A DNA stretch of 61,631 bases, counting the filler. It is 5 parts of 5 records of this genome, joined end to end, with 100 filler letters (N's around TTAATTAATTAA, not from the genome) between each part and the next. Parts side by side here need not be neighbours in the genome. Positions count along the whole stretch, not along the records: positions 1 to 23,309 come from SRR22947727_2647; 4 more parts are not named here. One strand, 5' to 3'. The translations under genes were made by a program, and so were the position numbers. The notes under the pieces are model-generated. The model was given only the letters and a program-made list of their open reading frames with translations. It was not told the DNA's origin and did no database searches. Shown here one piece after another: positions 10,779 through 20,740 of this stretch (positions within the stretch are counted from its first letter, which is position 1; each line of letters opens with the position of its first letter).

Positions 10779-11006
10779 ATGAATCAAAACGAAAAACCAT
10801 ATCAACCTCTTGCCTGGATTGCTACAGGCATACTAATCATCGCAGCATCACTTGCTAGCTTTGTTCCTGAGTTGGAATACCACCATTGGGCATTTATTTC
10901 TGCAAACACTATTTGGATAGTTGTTGGTCTTTTGTGGAAAGAGCAAACCGTTGTTGTTTTAAATACTGGTTTAACACTTATTTATATCTTAGGCCTAATT
11001 ATTTAA
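10779..11006 (+). CDS. Small hypothetical membrane protein (about 3 TM segments)
   Basis: 75-aa hydrophobic ORF with AGGAG RBS upstream; fills the gap between phhB and guaB. Confidence 0.7.
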   Translation: MNQNEKPYQPLAWIATGILIIAASLASFVPELEYHHWAFISANTIWIVVGLLWKEQTVVVLNTGLTLIYILGLII

Positions 11007-11045
11007 GTAATTAAATTGGTAAGGATTTTTTTTTCTCTTTAGTCT

Positions 11046-11054
11046 TGTTATAAT
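11046..11054 (+). promoter_or_regulatory. Extended -10 promoter of guaBA (probably leaderless transcript)
   Basis: TGTTATAAT (TGn-TATAAT) ends 5 nt before the guaB ATG at 11060; no SD between them. Confidence 0.6.
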
Positions 11055-11059
11055 CCGAC

Positions 11060-12526
11060 ATGGACAAAGTAAAATTAAAAGCTCTCACGTTCGATGATGT
11101 TCTTCTACTTCCAAGGTTTAGCGATTTTATTCCAAGCGAAGCATCAACCGAAACAAAACTCACAAATAAAATATCTCTAAAGATTCCTCTCATATCTGCA
11201 GCTATGGATACTGTTACAGAATCTAGGATGGCAATTGCATTAGCTGAGGCTGGTGGAATAGGCATCATTCATAAAAATAATGAAATAGCAGAACAGGCCA
11301 ACCAAGTAAGAGCTGTTAAGAAATACGAAAGCGGAGTCGTTAGAGATCCAATTACAATAGAATCAAGTAAATCAATTAGTGAATTACAACAACTTACTAC
11401 TGAGCTCAAAATATCGGGAATGCCAGTTGTTGATAATGGACAATTGAAAGGAATTGTAACCAGTAGAGATTTTAGATATGCAGATAATATGCAAGATCCA
11501 GTCTCTTCAATTATGACGCCTTTTGATAAATTGGTAACAGTTAAAGAGGGTACATCTCAGGATTCTGTAAAGAAGATGATGTATGAAAACAGAATTGAGA
11601 AAATACTAGTAATCGATGAAAAGGATACTTTAAGCGGTCTAGTTACAATGAAAGATATTGAAAAGTCAGCTGAGCATCCTGATGCTACAAAAGATTCTTC
11701 TGGAAGATTGATGGTAGGAGCTGCGCTTGGCACTGGCTCTGATACCCTTGATCGTGCAAGAGCATTGCATGAAGTTGGGGTTGATGTCTTTGTAATTGAT
11801 AGCGCCCATGGACATTCAAAAAACGTCTTAGATACCATTAAGCTTGTTAGAGAGCATTTTCCTGATGTTGAGATTGTTGGTGGCAATGTGGCAACACCAG
11901 AAGGTGCATTGGCTTTAGTTGAAGCTGGAGCAGATGCCATTAAGGTTGGAATGGGCCCAGGGTCTATTTGTACAACTAGAATTATTGCTGGAATTGGAGT
12001 TCCTCAAATCACAGCCATTATGACTATTCGCAAAGCTTTGGTAGGTAAAGGTGTTAGTCTTATAGCCGATGGTGGTATTAGATTCTCTGGTGACATAGCT
12101 AAAGCAATTGCAGCGGGTGCGGATTCTGTGATGATGGGTGGCTTGTTTGCTGGAACAGAAGAAGCTCCTGGAGAGGTAGAGCTATTTCAAGGAAGAAGTT
12201 TCAAAACATATAGAGGAATGGGCTCTATTGGGGCCATGACAGATAGGAAAGATGCATCAAATAGATACCTTCAAGATGATATTGATCCAGAAAAGTTAGT
12301 ACCAGAGGGAATAGAGGGAAGAGTTCCTTATAAAGGCTTAGTTATAAGTGTTATCAATCAGCTTATAGGCGGTGTTCGCCAAAGTATGGGTTATGTGGGA
12401 TGCAAAACGATTGATTCTATGAAAAAAGACAGTCAATTTATTGAAATTACAAATGCTGGCATGACAGAAAGTCATGTCCATGATGTAATGATCACTAAAG
12501 AAGCTCCAAACTACCAAAGAGGTTAA
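11060..12526 (+). CDS. guaB: IMP dehydrogenase
   Basis: [21 protein letters not shown] pair, [13 protein letters not shown] and YRGMGS. Confidence 0.97.
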   Translation: MDKVKLKALTFDDVLLLPRFSDFIPSEASTETKLTNKISLKIPLISAAMDTVTESRMAIALAEAGGIGIIHKNNEIAEQANQVRAVKKYESGVVRDPITIESSKSISELQQLTTELKISGMPVVDNGQLKGIVTSRDFRYADNMQDPVSSIMTPFDKLVTVKEGTSQDSVKKMMYENRIEKILVIDEKDTLSGLVTMKDIEKSAEHPDATKDSSGRLMVGAALGTGSDTLDRARALHEVGVDVFVIDSAHGHSKNVLDTIKLVREHFPDVEIVGGNVATPEGALALVEAGADAIKVGMGPGSICTTRIIAGIGVPQITAIMTIRKALVGKGVSLIADGGIRFSGDIAKAIAAGADSVMMGGLFAGTEEAPGEVELFQGRSFKTYRGMGSIGAMTDRKDASNRYLQDDIDPEKLVPEGIEGRVPYKGLVISVINQLIGGVRQSMGYVGCKTIDSMKKDSQFIEITNAGMTESHVHDVMITKEAPNYQRG

Positions 12527-12534
12527 AACTTTTC

Positions 12535-14100
12535 ATGTCAAACCTTTCAATTAGCAATAAGAGCATTGATACTGTACTTGTTCTTGATTTTGGCTCCCAA
12601 TATACCCAATTAATAGCTCGAAGAATCCGTGAGTCTAACGTTTACTCTGAAATTCTTCCTTGGGATATTGATGAAAACAAAATTAAAAAGATCAATCCTG
12701 TAGGAATCATTCTATCTGGTGGTCCTGAGTCAGTTACTGATAGCTTTACCCCAAGAATTCCACAAGTTGCTTTTGATTTAAATGTACCCTTGCTCGGTAT
12801 TTGTTATGGAATGCAAACACTTGCTGAGCAGATGGGCGGCCAAGTTATTTCTTCAAGCCATAAAGAGTTTGGCCATGCTGAACTTGCCCTTGAGAATGAA
12901 TCAGAATTATTTAAAGGTCTTAGCACCAATGAAAACGTATGGATGAGTCACGGAGACCAAGTACAAGATTTGCCTGATGAATTCAAATTAATTGCTTCAA
13001 CAAAAAATGCTCCTATTGCAGCAATGCAACATGATACAAAACCAATTTATGCACTTCAGTTTCATCCTGAGGTAACCCATACAGAACAGGGTCATATTGT
13101 TTTGAACAACTTCATGTTCAGTATCTGTAAGGCACAAAAAGATTGGAAAATGGACAACTTGATCAAAGAAAGAATCCAAGAGATAAAGGATCAAGTTAAA
13201 GATCAAAAAGTACTCCTAGGACTTTCAGGAGGTGTCGATTCGTCTGTAACCGCGGCCTTGCTTCATCAAGCAATTGGAAAAAAACTTACCTGTGTATTTG
13301 TAGACAACGGTCTTCTTAGAAAAGGCGAAGCCGATGAGGTTATGACTATCTTTAAAGAGAATATGAACTTAAATGTTATTAAATCTGATAGCGAAGAAGT
13401 CTTTCTTAGACACTTAAAAGGCGTCTCTGATCCTGAACAGAAGAGAAAGATAATAGGCAGAACTTTCATTGATGTCTTCGATACTGAGGCAACCAAACTT
13501 AAGAATATTAATTTCCTAGCTCAAGGAACAATATATCCAGACGTTATTGAATCTTCAGGCTCAGAGTCCAAAGAGGCTAGAGTAATTAAATCTCATCACA
13601 ATGTAGGAGGGCTTCCAGAAGAGATGAAGATGGATCTTGTAGAGCCGCTTCGTGACCTTTTTAAAGATGAGGTAAGAAAAATGGGAGTAGAGCTTGGACT
13701 ATCTGCAGAGATGTTAAATAGGCACCCTTTCCCTGGACCAGGCCTTGGGGTGAGAATTATAGGTGAAGTATCTAAAGCCAAAACAACTGTTTTAAAAGAA
13801 GCAGATCATATTTTTATACAAGAGCTTATAAAGGCAAATCTCTACAATAAAGTCAGCCAAGCATTTGCTGTATATCTTCCAATTAAATCAGTCGGGGTTG
13901 TTGGTGATGAAAGGCGATACGCCGAAGTCATTGGTCTTAGAGCAGTTGAAACTGTAGATTTTATGACTGCAAGGTGGGCTCACTTACCATATGAATTTTT
14001 AGAACATGTTTCTAATCGAATAGTTAATGAAATTGAAGAAGTAAGTAGGGTTGTTTATGACATTTCCAGTAAACCGCCTGCTACTATTGAGTGGGAATAA
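12535..14100 (+). CDS. guaA: GMP synthase (glutamine-hydrolyzing)
   Basis: [35 protein letters not shown] and C-terminal KPPATIEWE. Confidence 0.97.
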   Translation: MSNLSISNKSIDTVLVLDFGSQYTQLIARRIRESNVYSEILPWDIDENKIKKINPVGIILSGGPESVTDSFTPRIPQVAFDLNVPLLGICYGMQTLAEQMGGQVISSSHKEFGHAELALENESELFKGLSTNENVWMSHGDQVQDLPDEFKLIASTKNAPIAAMQHDTKPIYALQFHPEVTHTEQGHIVLNNFMFSICKAQKDWKMDNLIKERIQEIKDQVKDQKVLLGLSGGVDSSVTAALLHQAIGKKLTCVFVDNGLLRKGEADEVMTIFKENMNLNVIKSDSEEVFLRHLKGVSDPEQKRKIIGRTFIDVFDTEATKLKNINFLAQGTIYPDVIESSGSESKEARVIKSHHNVGGLPEEMKMDLVEPLRDLFKDEVRKMGVELGLSAEMLNRHPFPGPGLGVRIIGEVSKAKTTVLKEADHIFIQELIKANLYNKVSQAFAVYLPIKSVGVVGDERRYAEVIGLRAVETVDFMTARWAHLPYEFLEHVSNRIVNEIEEVSRVVYDISSKPPATIEWE

Positions 14101-14112
14101 CTTGTAACAAAA

Positions 14113-14589
14113 ATGAGTTTATCTGAGAGACATTTCTTGTTGGTAATAATAAGCTCATTATTTTTGATGTCGTCTTGTGCTGTTAATACGGTGGGCTCTG
14201 CGCCAGAAGAAAATAAGTTTGTCCATATTGATGAAACCCCAGCATATGTATTAATTGAAACAGGTAAATCTTTAGAGTTAATTAATGATCATATATATAT
14301 TTGTTTAGCGGAAGTTGAAGGGAAAGCTAGAAGTATCAAAACCCCTATGAAAGTTGTTGGCGGCATTTATGGAGTTGCAGGATTAGTAGCCTTAATTGAC
14401 CTAGCTACCACCGGAGGAGTTATTTCTTCTCTTTTAATACCTGGTATGGCTGTATTTACTGCTGCAGCATGGGTGACTTATGCCTCTGCAGATGCAGTCT
14501 CTGAGTTGGGTGAATATAAAAATTTAGAAACTTGTCTTGAAGGAAAGGGTTATTCAGTCGTATTCTTTTTAGAGGAAAATAAAAGATAA
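14113..14589 (+). CDS. Hypothetical lipoprotein with hydrophobic Gly/Ala-rich hairpin
   Basis: Signal peptide ending in LMSS-C lipobox; central Gly/Ala-rich hydrophobic segments flanked by two Cys; C-terminal CLEGKGYSV. Confidence 0.65.
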   Translation: MSLSERHFLLVIISSLFLMSSCAVNTVGSAPEENKFVHIDETPAYVLIETGKSLELINDHIYICLAEVEGKARSIKTPMKVVGGIYGVAGLVALIDLATTGGVISSLLIPGMAVFTAAAWVTYASADAVSELGEYKNLETCLEGKGYSVVFFLEENKR

Positions 14590-14631
14590 TTATTTAGTTA
14601 GAACAATTGAGACTAAATGATATCTGTCTTG

Positions 14632-14655
14632 GTATGGTTTTGCATACTAGTATGA
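14632..14655. promoter_or_regulatory. Putative HxlR/DUF24 operator, copy 1
   Basis: GTATG-GTTTTG-CATAC-TA-GTATGA; palindromic, 21/24 identical to 23286-23309. Lies just upstream of a candidate promoter, TTGCTA(14669)-N16-TATATT(14691). Confidence 0.65.
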
Positions 14656-14783
14656 TTACTTTGCCTACTTGCTATTATCTTCTCTATGTCTATATTGTGT
14701 GGCATAAATAAAGTTAATACATAACTTTTTCAAGCCCTTAATTCTGATGATTGAGAGTTTATTAATCACTGATAGGAGGCAAA

Positions 14784-16082
14784 ATGATCAGAAATATAAT
14801 ATTAAATTTTTTAAAGACTGCCTCCAAGATTAAAGAGCGAGAAGTTAAGGCTGTTGTTTTTTCTTTTTTATTTGTGGTTGTCTTAATGTCAGCATATTAC
14901 ATCTTACGACCAGTTCGTGATGCTATGGCTAGTGATTGGACTGATGCAGAGGTCAGTTGGTTGTGGACCTTAAATTTCTTTATTAGTACGGTAATCGTAG
15001 CCCTATATGGCATTATGGTTTCAAAGTTTCGTTTTCGATTATTAGTACCAGCTATGTATGGTATTTTTGCAGGCTCTTTCATTATTTTTTATGTCTTAGG
15101 GTCCATATATGAAGATAGAATATTAATTGATAAAGCATTCTATGTTTGGGTAAGTGTATTTAGTCTTTTTCATATCTCTGTTTTCTGGAGCTTTATGTCA
15201 GAGCTTTTCAGCAAAGAACAATCAAGCAGATTATTCGGAGTTATTGCAGCTGGTGCTAGTGTTGGAGGCCTCATTGGACCCTCTATAACAGCTATCTTTT
15301 CAGTATCTTTAGGCACTGACAAACTAATGTTAATAGCAAGCACTATGCTATTAATACCAATACCAATTATTTTCTTCCTACAATCATTAAAAACAAAAGA
15401 ATTAAATAATGAGGTATTGAATACGCCCATTTCCAATCAATCAATTGGTGGTAACCCACTTGCAGGTTTTAAAATGTTCTTCTCAAACCCTTATCTCTTA
15501 TCGATTGGCGTGTTTATTCTTCTATATACCGGCATTAGCTCATTTGTTTATTTTGAGCTAAAAAATTTACTAAGTGACTTCAGCCGTCCCGAGAGATCTG
15601 TTATCTGGGCTCAAATGGATCTTGCAGTAAATATCTTAGCGATCTCCACTGGATTATTTGCAACTGGCCGAATTGTTACTAGATTTGGCATGCCTGCAAC
15701 TATTGCAATGGTACCAATAATAATCTGTATTGGTTTGCTGATATTGGCTATTTCACCTTTGTTAGGGGTGGTTATGATATTGCAGATTGTTCGCCGTGCA
15801 GGCAACTATGCAGTGACTCGACCTGCCCGTGAGATGTTATTTACACTTGTTAATCAAGAAACTCGGTTCAAGGCAAAACCTGTTATAGATATTGTTGCTT
15901 ATCGTGGCGGCGATATGATTACTGCATGGTTATTTACTGGGCTTACACAAGGCTTGGGGTTAGGTTTGGCAGCAGTAGCTGCTATTGGGGCAGGAATAGC
16001 TGGATTGTGGACACTGGTAGGAATTTATCTTGGAAGATGGTTTGAGCGCGATAATGACAATTTTAAGAATTCCAAAACATAG
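14784..16082 (+). CDS. MFS-fold transporter of the ATP/ADP (NTT/AAA) nucleotide-carrier-like family
   Basis: AYYILRPVRD, FYVWVSVF...SVFWSFMSELF...RLFG, RPAREMLF...RFKAKPVIDIVAYRGGD motifs; about 12 TM segments; AGGAGG RBS. Confidence 0.8.
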   Translation: MIRNIILNFLKTASKIKEREVKAVVFSFLFVVVLMSAYYILRPVRDAMASDWTDAEVSWLWTLNFFISTVIVALYGIMVSKFRFRLLVPAMYGIFAGSFIIFYVLGSIYEDRILIDKAFYVWVSVFSLFHISVFWSFMSELFSKEQSSRLFGVIAAGASVGGLIGPSITAIFSVSLGTDKLMLIASTMLLIPIPIIFFLQSLKTKELNNEVLNTPISNQSIGGNPLAGFKMFFSNPYLLSIGVFILLYTGISSFVYFELKNLLSDFSRPERSVIWAQMDLAVNILAISTGLFATGRIVTRFGMPATIAMVPIIICIGLLILAISPLLGVVMILQIVRRAGNYAVTRPAREMLFTLVNQETRFKAKPVIDIVAYRGGDMITAWLFTGLTQGLGLGLAAVAAIGAGIAGLWTLVGIYLGRWFERDNDNFKNSKT

Positions 16083-16172
16083 ATAATTTGTTTGCATACA
16101 AGATCTAATTGAGGCATCGTAATAAAGATTGAAATACCTTATATATTAAAAAATAACTAACGGATTAACACC

Positions 16173-17273
16173 ATGAAACATTTATCAATTATTAAAACTT
16201 TTGTATTTATTCTGGCTTATAGCTCTTTTGCAATAGCAGACCACCATTCTAGTTCTGAGCATGGCTCTAAAATAAAATATGTTAGTTACAACCAAATTGG
16301 TAATCCTGCAGAAGTGCTTGAGGTAAAAACAGAGGCCTTGCGTGAACTAAAGAGTGGTGAAGTTAGAGTCAAAGTATTGGCCGCACCAATCAATCCTTCC
16401 GATGTATTACAAATAGCCGGTATGTATGGTGTTGATGCTGTTTTGCCTGCAAGACCAGGTAGTGAAGGCGTTGGCCGCGTAACAGAGATAACACCAGAAG
16501 TTAATAGTTTAAAAGTTGGTCAGTTAGTCCTTCTTGCTAGTGGTAGTACTTGGGCAGAAGAATTAGTAGGCCCATCTGCAGGTTTTTTACCTTTGCCTAA
16601 CTTAGGTCCTATCGGTGCTGATGTAATCGAACAGCTTGCAATGTCAGCTGTTAATCCATTAACCGCATTACTTATGCTTACTTCCTTTACAGATATTGAA
16701 GAAGGTCAATGGATTGCACAAAGCGCGGCTAATTCAGCAGTTGGGGGTTATGTAATTCAGCTAGCAAAACAGAGAGGCATAAAAACAGTCAATATCGTTC
16801 GTCGTGAAGGTTTGGCTGATGATCTAATGGCCAAAGGAGCGGATGTTGTTTTAATTGATGGACCAGATCTTGCCCAACAAATTGCAGAGGCAACAGGTAA
16901 TGCACCAATCATGTTAGCACTAGACCCAGTTGGCGGTGATACATATGGTCGTTTAGCAGACAGTTTAGGATATGGCGGTACCTTGATTACTTATGGAGCG
17001 CTATCAGGAAAACCGGCAACACTTAATACAGGAAAAGTTATTTTCAATGATACTCATTTGCGAGGTTTTTGGCTTTATAAGTGGTATCAGACAGCTACTA
17101 TGCAGGACAAGCAAGAAGCTTTTGGACAGATAATCCCACTTATTGCAAATGGCACTTTAAAGGCCAATATTGACTCGCGTTTCACAGTTGATCAGATTGA
17201 AGAAGCAGTGACTCGTGCTTGGTCAGGCGGTAGAAATGGAAAGGTGCTTATTGTTCCAAGTCCTATAGAATAA
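16173..17273 (+). CDS. Zinc-independent MDR oxidoreductase (2-enoyl thioester reductase/MECR-like) with N-terminal signal peptide
   Basis: AAPINPSD...GMYG, PGSEGVG, VNPLTA, AANSAVG, GFWL and GKVL motifs. N-terminus MKHLSIIKTFVFILAYSSFAIA|DHH looks like a Sec signal. Confidence 0.85.
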   Translation: MKHLSIIKTFVFILAYSSFAIADHHSSSEHGSKIKYVSYNQIGNPAEVLEVKTEALRELKSGEVRVKVLAAPINPSDVLQIAGMYGVDAVLPARPGSEGVGRVTEITPEVNSLKVGQLVLLASGSTWAEELVGPSAGFLPLPNLGPIGADVIEQLAMSAVNPLTALLMLTSFTDIEEGQWIAQSAANSAVGGYVIQLAKQRGIKTVNIVRREGLADDLMAKGADVVLIDGPDLAQQIAEATGNAPIMLALDPVGGDTYGRLADSLGYGGTLITYGALSGKPATLNTGKVIFNDTHLRGFWLYKWYQTATMQDKQEAFGQIIPLIANGTLKANIDSRFTVDQIEEAVTRAWSGGRNGKVLIVPSPIE

Positions 17274-17282
17274 TTTAGACTG

Positions 17283-18140
17283 ATGTCGATTTGGAATGAT
17301 TTGACCTGGGTTGAGGATATTAGGTCTCATTTCTTATCTATTTTCTTTGATACCATTTCATTGGCTGGATACCCAACATTTTTAATACTATTTATCTCAT
17401 TTGGTTATTTTTATTGGTCTCCATCCAGATTCTCTAGAGTAGCAATGATGTTGTTTATATCAGGCTTAATAAATGCTTTTCTTAAAGATTTCTTCCAAGA
17501 TGCAAGGCCTGCAATTGAACTAATGCTAGATCCAAAAGTTGGAACCTCCTATGGATGGCCTAGTGGACATTCTCAGATTGCAGTTACTCTTTGGGGCCTG
17601 CTTGCGTATGAATTAAAAAATAAATGGGCAACCGTTGGAGCAATTACAATAATAATATTAATTGCTTTTAGCAGGATGTATTTAGGAGTCCATGATCTCG
17701 GTGATGTTTTTGCCGGATTAATTATTGGAGGAATAATTCTTTTAATTTGGCACTATGCTGTGATTAATAATTGGTATGAGAGCTTATCTAAAAAATCTTG
17801 GCTAATGTTAATACTTATTTTTCAATTAATACTCTATATTTTATATCCATCGCATGAAGATCATGAACTCAGTATATGGTTTTTAGGAGTAATGACTGGA
17901 TGGTTTATTGGAGCTTCAAATATTAATGTAATTTCCAATCCTGTAAAAAAGCTTCTAACATCAATTTTTGCTATTCTTATAGTCTTCTTTCTTTTAATAG
18001 TTATCACGAAGATAGAAAGTGGGATAGGTACCGCAGGACTGTTTGGGTTTATAACTAGCTACTGTCTTGGCATGACTTTTTCAATTTTAGTAACTTGGGT
18101 AATTCCACGTTTTTTGAGATTAGCGAGACTAGCTTCATAA
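17283..18140 (+). CDS. PAP2-family membrane phosphatase
   Basis: KDFFQDARP, WPSGHS and SRMYLGVHDLGDV motifs. Confidence 0.9.
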   Translation: MSIWNDLTWVEDIRSHFLSIFFDTISLAGYPTFLILFISFGYFYWSPSRFSRVAMMLFISGLINAFLKDFFQDARPAIELMLDPKVGTSYGWPSGHSQIAVTLWGLLAYELKNKWATVGAITIIILIAFSRMYLGVHDLGDVFAGLIIGGIILLIWHYAVINNWYESLSKKSWLMLILIFQLILYILYPSHEDHELSIWFLGVMTGWFIGASNINVISNPVKKLLTSIFAILIVFFLLIVITKIESGIGTAGLFGFITSYCLGMTFSILVTWVIPRFLRLARLAS

Positions 18141-18173
18141 AATATAATAATTTTTTTAAGATATGCAAGGAGA

Positions 18174-19187
18174 ATGAAAATGAGACAAATTCAATTAAAG
18201 AAACCTGGTGGTTTGGTAAATATTTCAGTTTGCGATGCTGAAATTCCTAAACCAAATAACAACGAAGTTATTATTAAGATTGCTGCAAGCAGTCTTAATT
18301 ATCACGACCTTTTGGTAGCCTTGGGCTTTATTCCTACTGATGATAATAGAGTCCCTCTTTCAGATGCTGCAGGAGAGATAGTAGAAATTGGATCTGATGT
18401 TGTTAATTGGAAGAAGGGAGATAAGGTTATGAGTGTCTGTTTTCCTAATTGGCAGAGTGGACCACCAAAATACGAGCTTTTAAGTTTTATAGGCGATCAT
18501 GAGGATGGGTATGCAACAGAATATATTGCTATTCAAGACACAGCTATAACAAGAATTCCAACCAATATGAGCTTAGAAGAATCGGCAACACTTCCCTGTG
18601 CAGGTCTAACTGCTTGGCGAGCTTTAGTTGACGATGGAAAGCTTCAAGCTGGAGAAACCGTTTTAGTTCAAGGCACAGGAGGTGTTTCAATTTTTGCTCT
18701 TCAACTAGCTAAATCAATGGGGGCGAAAGTTATTGCCACATCATCTTCAGAAGAAAAATTAGAAAAGCTTAGATTGCTTGGAGCCGATGAGGTAATAAAT
18801 TACAAGGAAACTCCAGAATGGGGTAAAGAAGTTTTAGCTAAAACAAATAATGAGGGTGTTGACCATGTTATTGAAGTTGGCGGAGGTGGAACTTTTGGTG
18901 AATCTGTTAGGGCTGCAAAGCTTGGTGGACATATTGCGCTAATTGGTGTTCTTAGTGGGCCTAATGCAAGTGAAATAGTTTTACCAAGGATTTTCCTTAA
19001 ACAAATTAGAATGAGTGGAATATCAATGGCTAATAAAGAATCTCAAATAGCTATGATCGAATACTTAGAAAAGACAGATATTAAGCCAGTAATAAGTGAT
19101 ACTTTTGATTTAGCTGATTTAGCTAAAGCTTTTCAACATCAAATAGATAATAAACATTTTGGAAAAATATCCATTACGATGGAATAA
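18174..19187 (+). CDS. NAD(P)-dependent alcohol dehydrogenase/quinone reductase-like (MDR family)
   Basis: SSLNYHD, PLSDAAGE, ATLPCAGLTAW, QGTGGVS and HFGKI. Confidence 0.88.
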   Translation: MKMRQIQLKKPGGLVNISVCDAEIPKPNNNEVIIKIAASSLNYHDLLVALGFIPTDDNRVPLSDAAGEIVEIGSDVVNWKKGDKVMSVCFPNWQSGPPKYELLSFIGDHEDGYATEYIAIQDTAITRIPTNMSLEESATLPCAGLTAWRALVDDGKLQAGETVLVQGTGGVSIFALQLAKSMGAKVIATSSSEEKLEKLRLLGADEVINYKETPEWGKEVLAKTNNEGVDHVIEVGGGGTFGESVRAAKLGGHIALIGVLSGPNASEIVLPRIFLKQIRMSGISMANKESQIAMIEYLEKTDIKPVISDTFDLADLAKAFQHQIDNKHFGKISITME

Positions 19188-19206
19188 ATCTTAACTATAA
19201 ATTTAT

Positions 19207-19824
19207 ATGCAAAAAGCTACTGATGTTTTTGATGAATGGGCTAAAAATGGCAAAGATATTGGCATGGAGGAAGGGCATGCCTTATCTGTAGATGAGATGC
19301 TTAATTTTGCTCTTAATGAGAGAGCTTCTATTAATAAAAATTTTAGTTTTCTAGATATCGGATGTGGGAATGGCTGGGTAACTAGAAAAGTTTCAAATAA
19401 TTCTCTTTGTTTAAATGCTATTGGCATAGATGGAGCAAAGCAGATGATTGAAAATGCTAAATCTAGAGGCGGCTCAGAAGACTATTTCTGCTCTAATATT
19501 GATGAATATAATCCAGAGATAAAATTTGATCTTATTCATTCAATGGAGGTTATGTACTACTTAAGCAACCCTGGGGATATTATTCAAAAAATATCAGATC
19601 TATGGTTAAAAGATAATGGAAGGCTAATCATTGGAATTGATCTTTATTATGAAAACATTGATTCACATAGTTGGCAGGAAAAAGTTGGAACACCAATGTT
19701 AATGTTAAAAGAATTAGAGTGGGTTGAGTTATTAAACAAAGCTGGATTAAAAGAAGTTCAATCCTGGCGAGCTAATCAAAGCGATGAATGGGCTGGGACT
19801 TTGGTGTTGACTGGGAAAAAATAA
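19207..19824 (+). CDS. Class I SAM-dependent methyltransferase
   Basis: FLDIGCGNGW, GIDGA and FDLIHSMEVMYYL. Confidence 0.85.
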   Translation: MQKATDVFDEWAKNGKDIGMEEGHALSVDEMLNFALNERASINKNFSFLDIGCGNGWVTRKVSNNSLCLNAIGIDGAKQMIENAKSRGGSEDYFCSNIDEYNPEIKFDLIHSMEVMYYLSNPGDIIQKISDLWLKDNGRLIIGIDLYYENIDSHSWQEKVGTPMLMLKELEWVELLNKAGLKEVQSWRANQSDEWAGTLVLTGKK

Positions 19825-19844
19825 AAAAATTAGGAAAATAAAAC

Positions 19845-20705
19845 ATGTCTAAATTTAAGGGTAAGACTGCAATTATTAGTGGCGGAGCTGAAGGAATAGG
19901 TTTATCAGTTGCAAAAGCTCTTGGTGAACAAGGCATGAATATAGTACTTACAGACATTGATCAGAAAAATCTTGAGATTGCTTCTAAAGAATTAGAAGAA
20001 TCAGGCGTTCCAGTTCTAGCTGAAAGACTTGATGTGGCTGATGAGAAGCAATGGCAGCATGTAGCCAAGAAAGCAAGTGAACGATTTGGAAAAGTGCATA
20101 TGGTGGTTAATAATGCCGGAGTTGGTGGCGACTCAGTATCAGTTGATAACCAAGAAAAAAAAGGATGGCAATGGACGCTTGATGTAAATCTTATGGGTGT
20201 TGTCTATGGAGCAAAAACAATAGTCCCACTTATAAAAGGCCATGGCGAAGGGGGGTGGATTGTTAATGTTGCCTCAATGGCTGGTATGGGAGGCTTTCTT
20301 CATGGAGGTGCCTATAATGCAACTAAGGCAGCAGTAATTGCTTTATCAGAAAGCTGGGCCGAGGAACTGACATCTCAAAATATTAATGTTTCTGTTTTAT
20401 GTCCTGCTTTTGTGAAGACGCGCATATATGATTCAGAAAGAAATAGGCCAAAAGAGTACAAATCTGAGATATCTGGATCAGAGAGCAGCAACAGCTTCCG
20501 CAGGAAAACTAAAAAAATGATAGATAATGGAATAGAAGTTTCAATTGTTGGTAAGCGAGTAGTTGAAGCCCTTAATAATGGAGAGTTATATATTTTCACT
20601 CATCCAAACTATCGATCAGAAATACAAAAGAGATTTAAGGCGATTGATGATGCATTTAAAGACTCTGAAAAAAGTATTGCTCTTAAAGAATCACCAGATA
20701 AATAA
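19845..20705 (+). CDS. Short-chain dehydrogenase/reductase (SDR)
   Basis: SGGAEGIG, NNAG, NVASMAG and YNATK. Confidence 0.9.
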   Translation: MSKFKGKTAIISGGAEGIGLSVAKALGEQGMNIVLTDIDQKNLEIASKELEESGVPVLAERLDVADEKQWQHVAKKASERFGKVHMVVNNAGVGGDSVSVDNQEKKGWQWTLDVNLMGVVYGAKTIVPLIKGHGEGGWIVNVASMAGMGGFLHGGAYNATKAAVIALSESWAEELTSQNINVSVLCPAFVKTRIYDSERNRPKEYKSEISGSESSNSFRRKTKKMIDNGIEVSIVGKRVVEALNNGELYIFTHPNYRSEIQKRFKAIDDAFKDSEKSIALKESPDK

Positions 20706-20740
20706 AATGGTTTTATCTATGGCACAAAGGAGTATTAGTT

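Noticed and set aside
16088-16099. TTTGCATAC upstream of the exported reductase as a third HxlR site
   Set aside because: Only a half-site; the matching GTATG arm is missing.
14086-19187. guaA 3'-end att duplication (ATTGAGTGGGAATAA versus ATTACGATGGAATAA at the end of the ADH gene)
   Set aside because: Match is weak and explained by a shared Glu-stop ending; no integrase on the contig.
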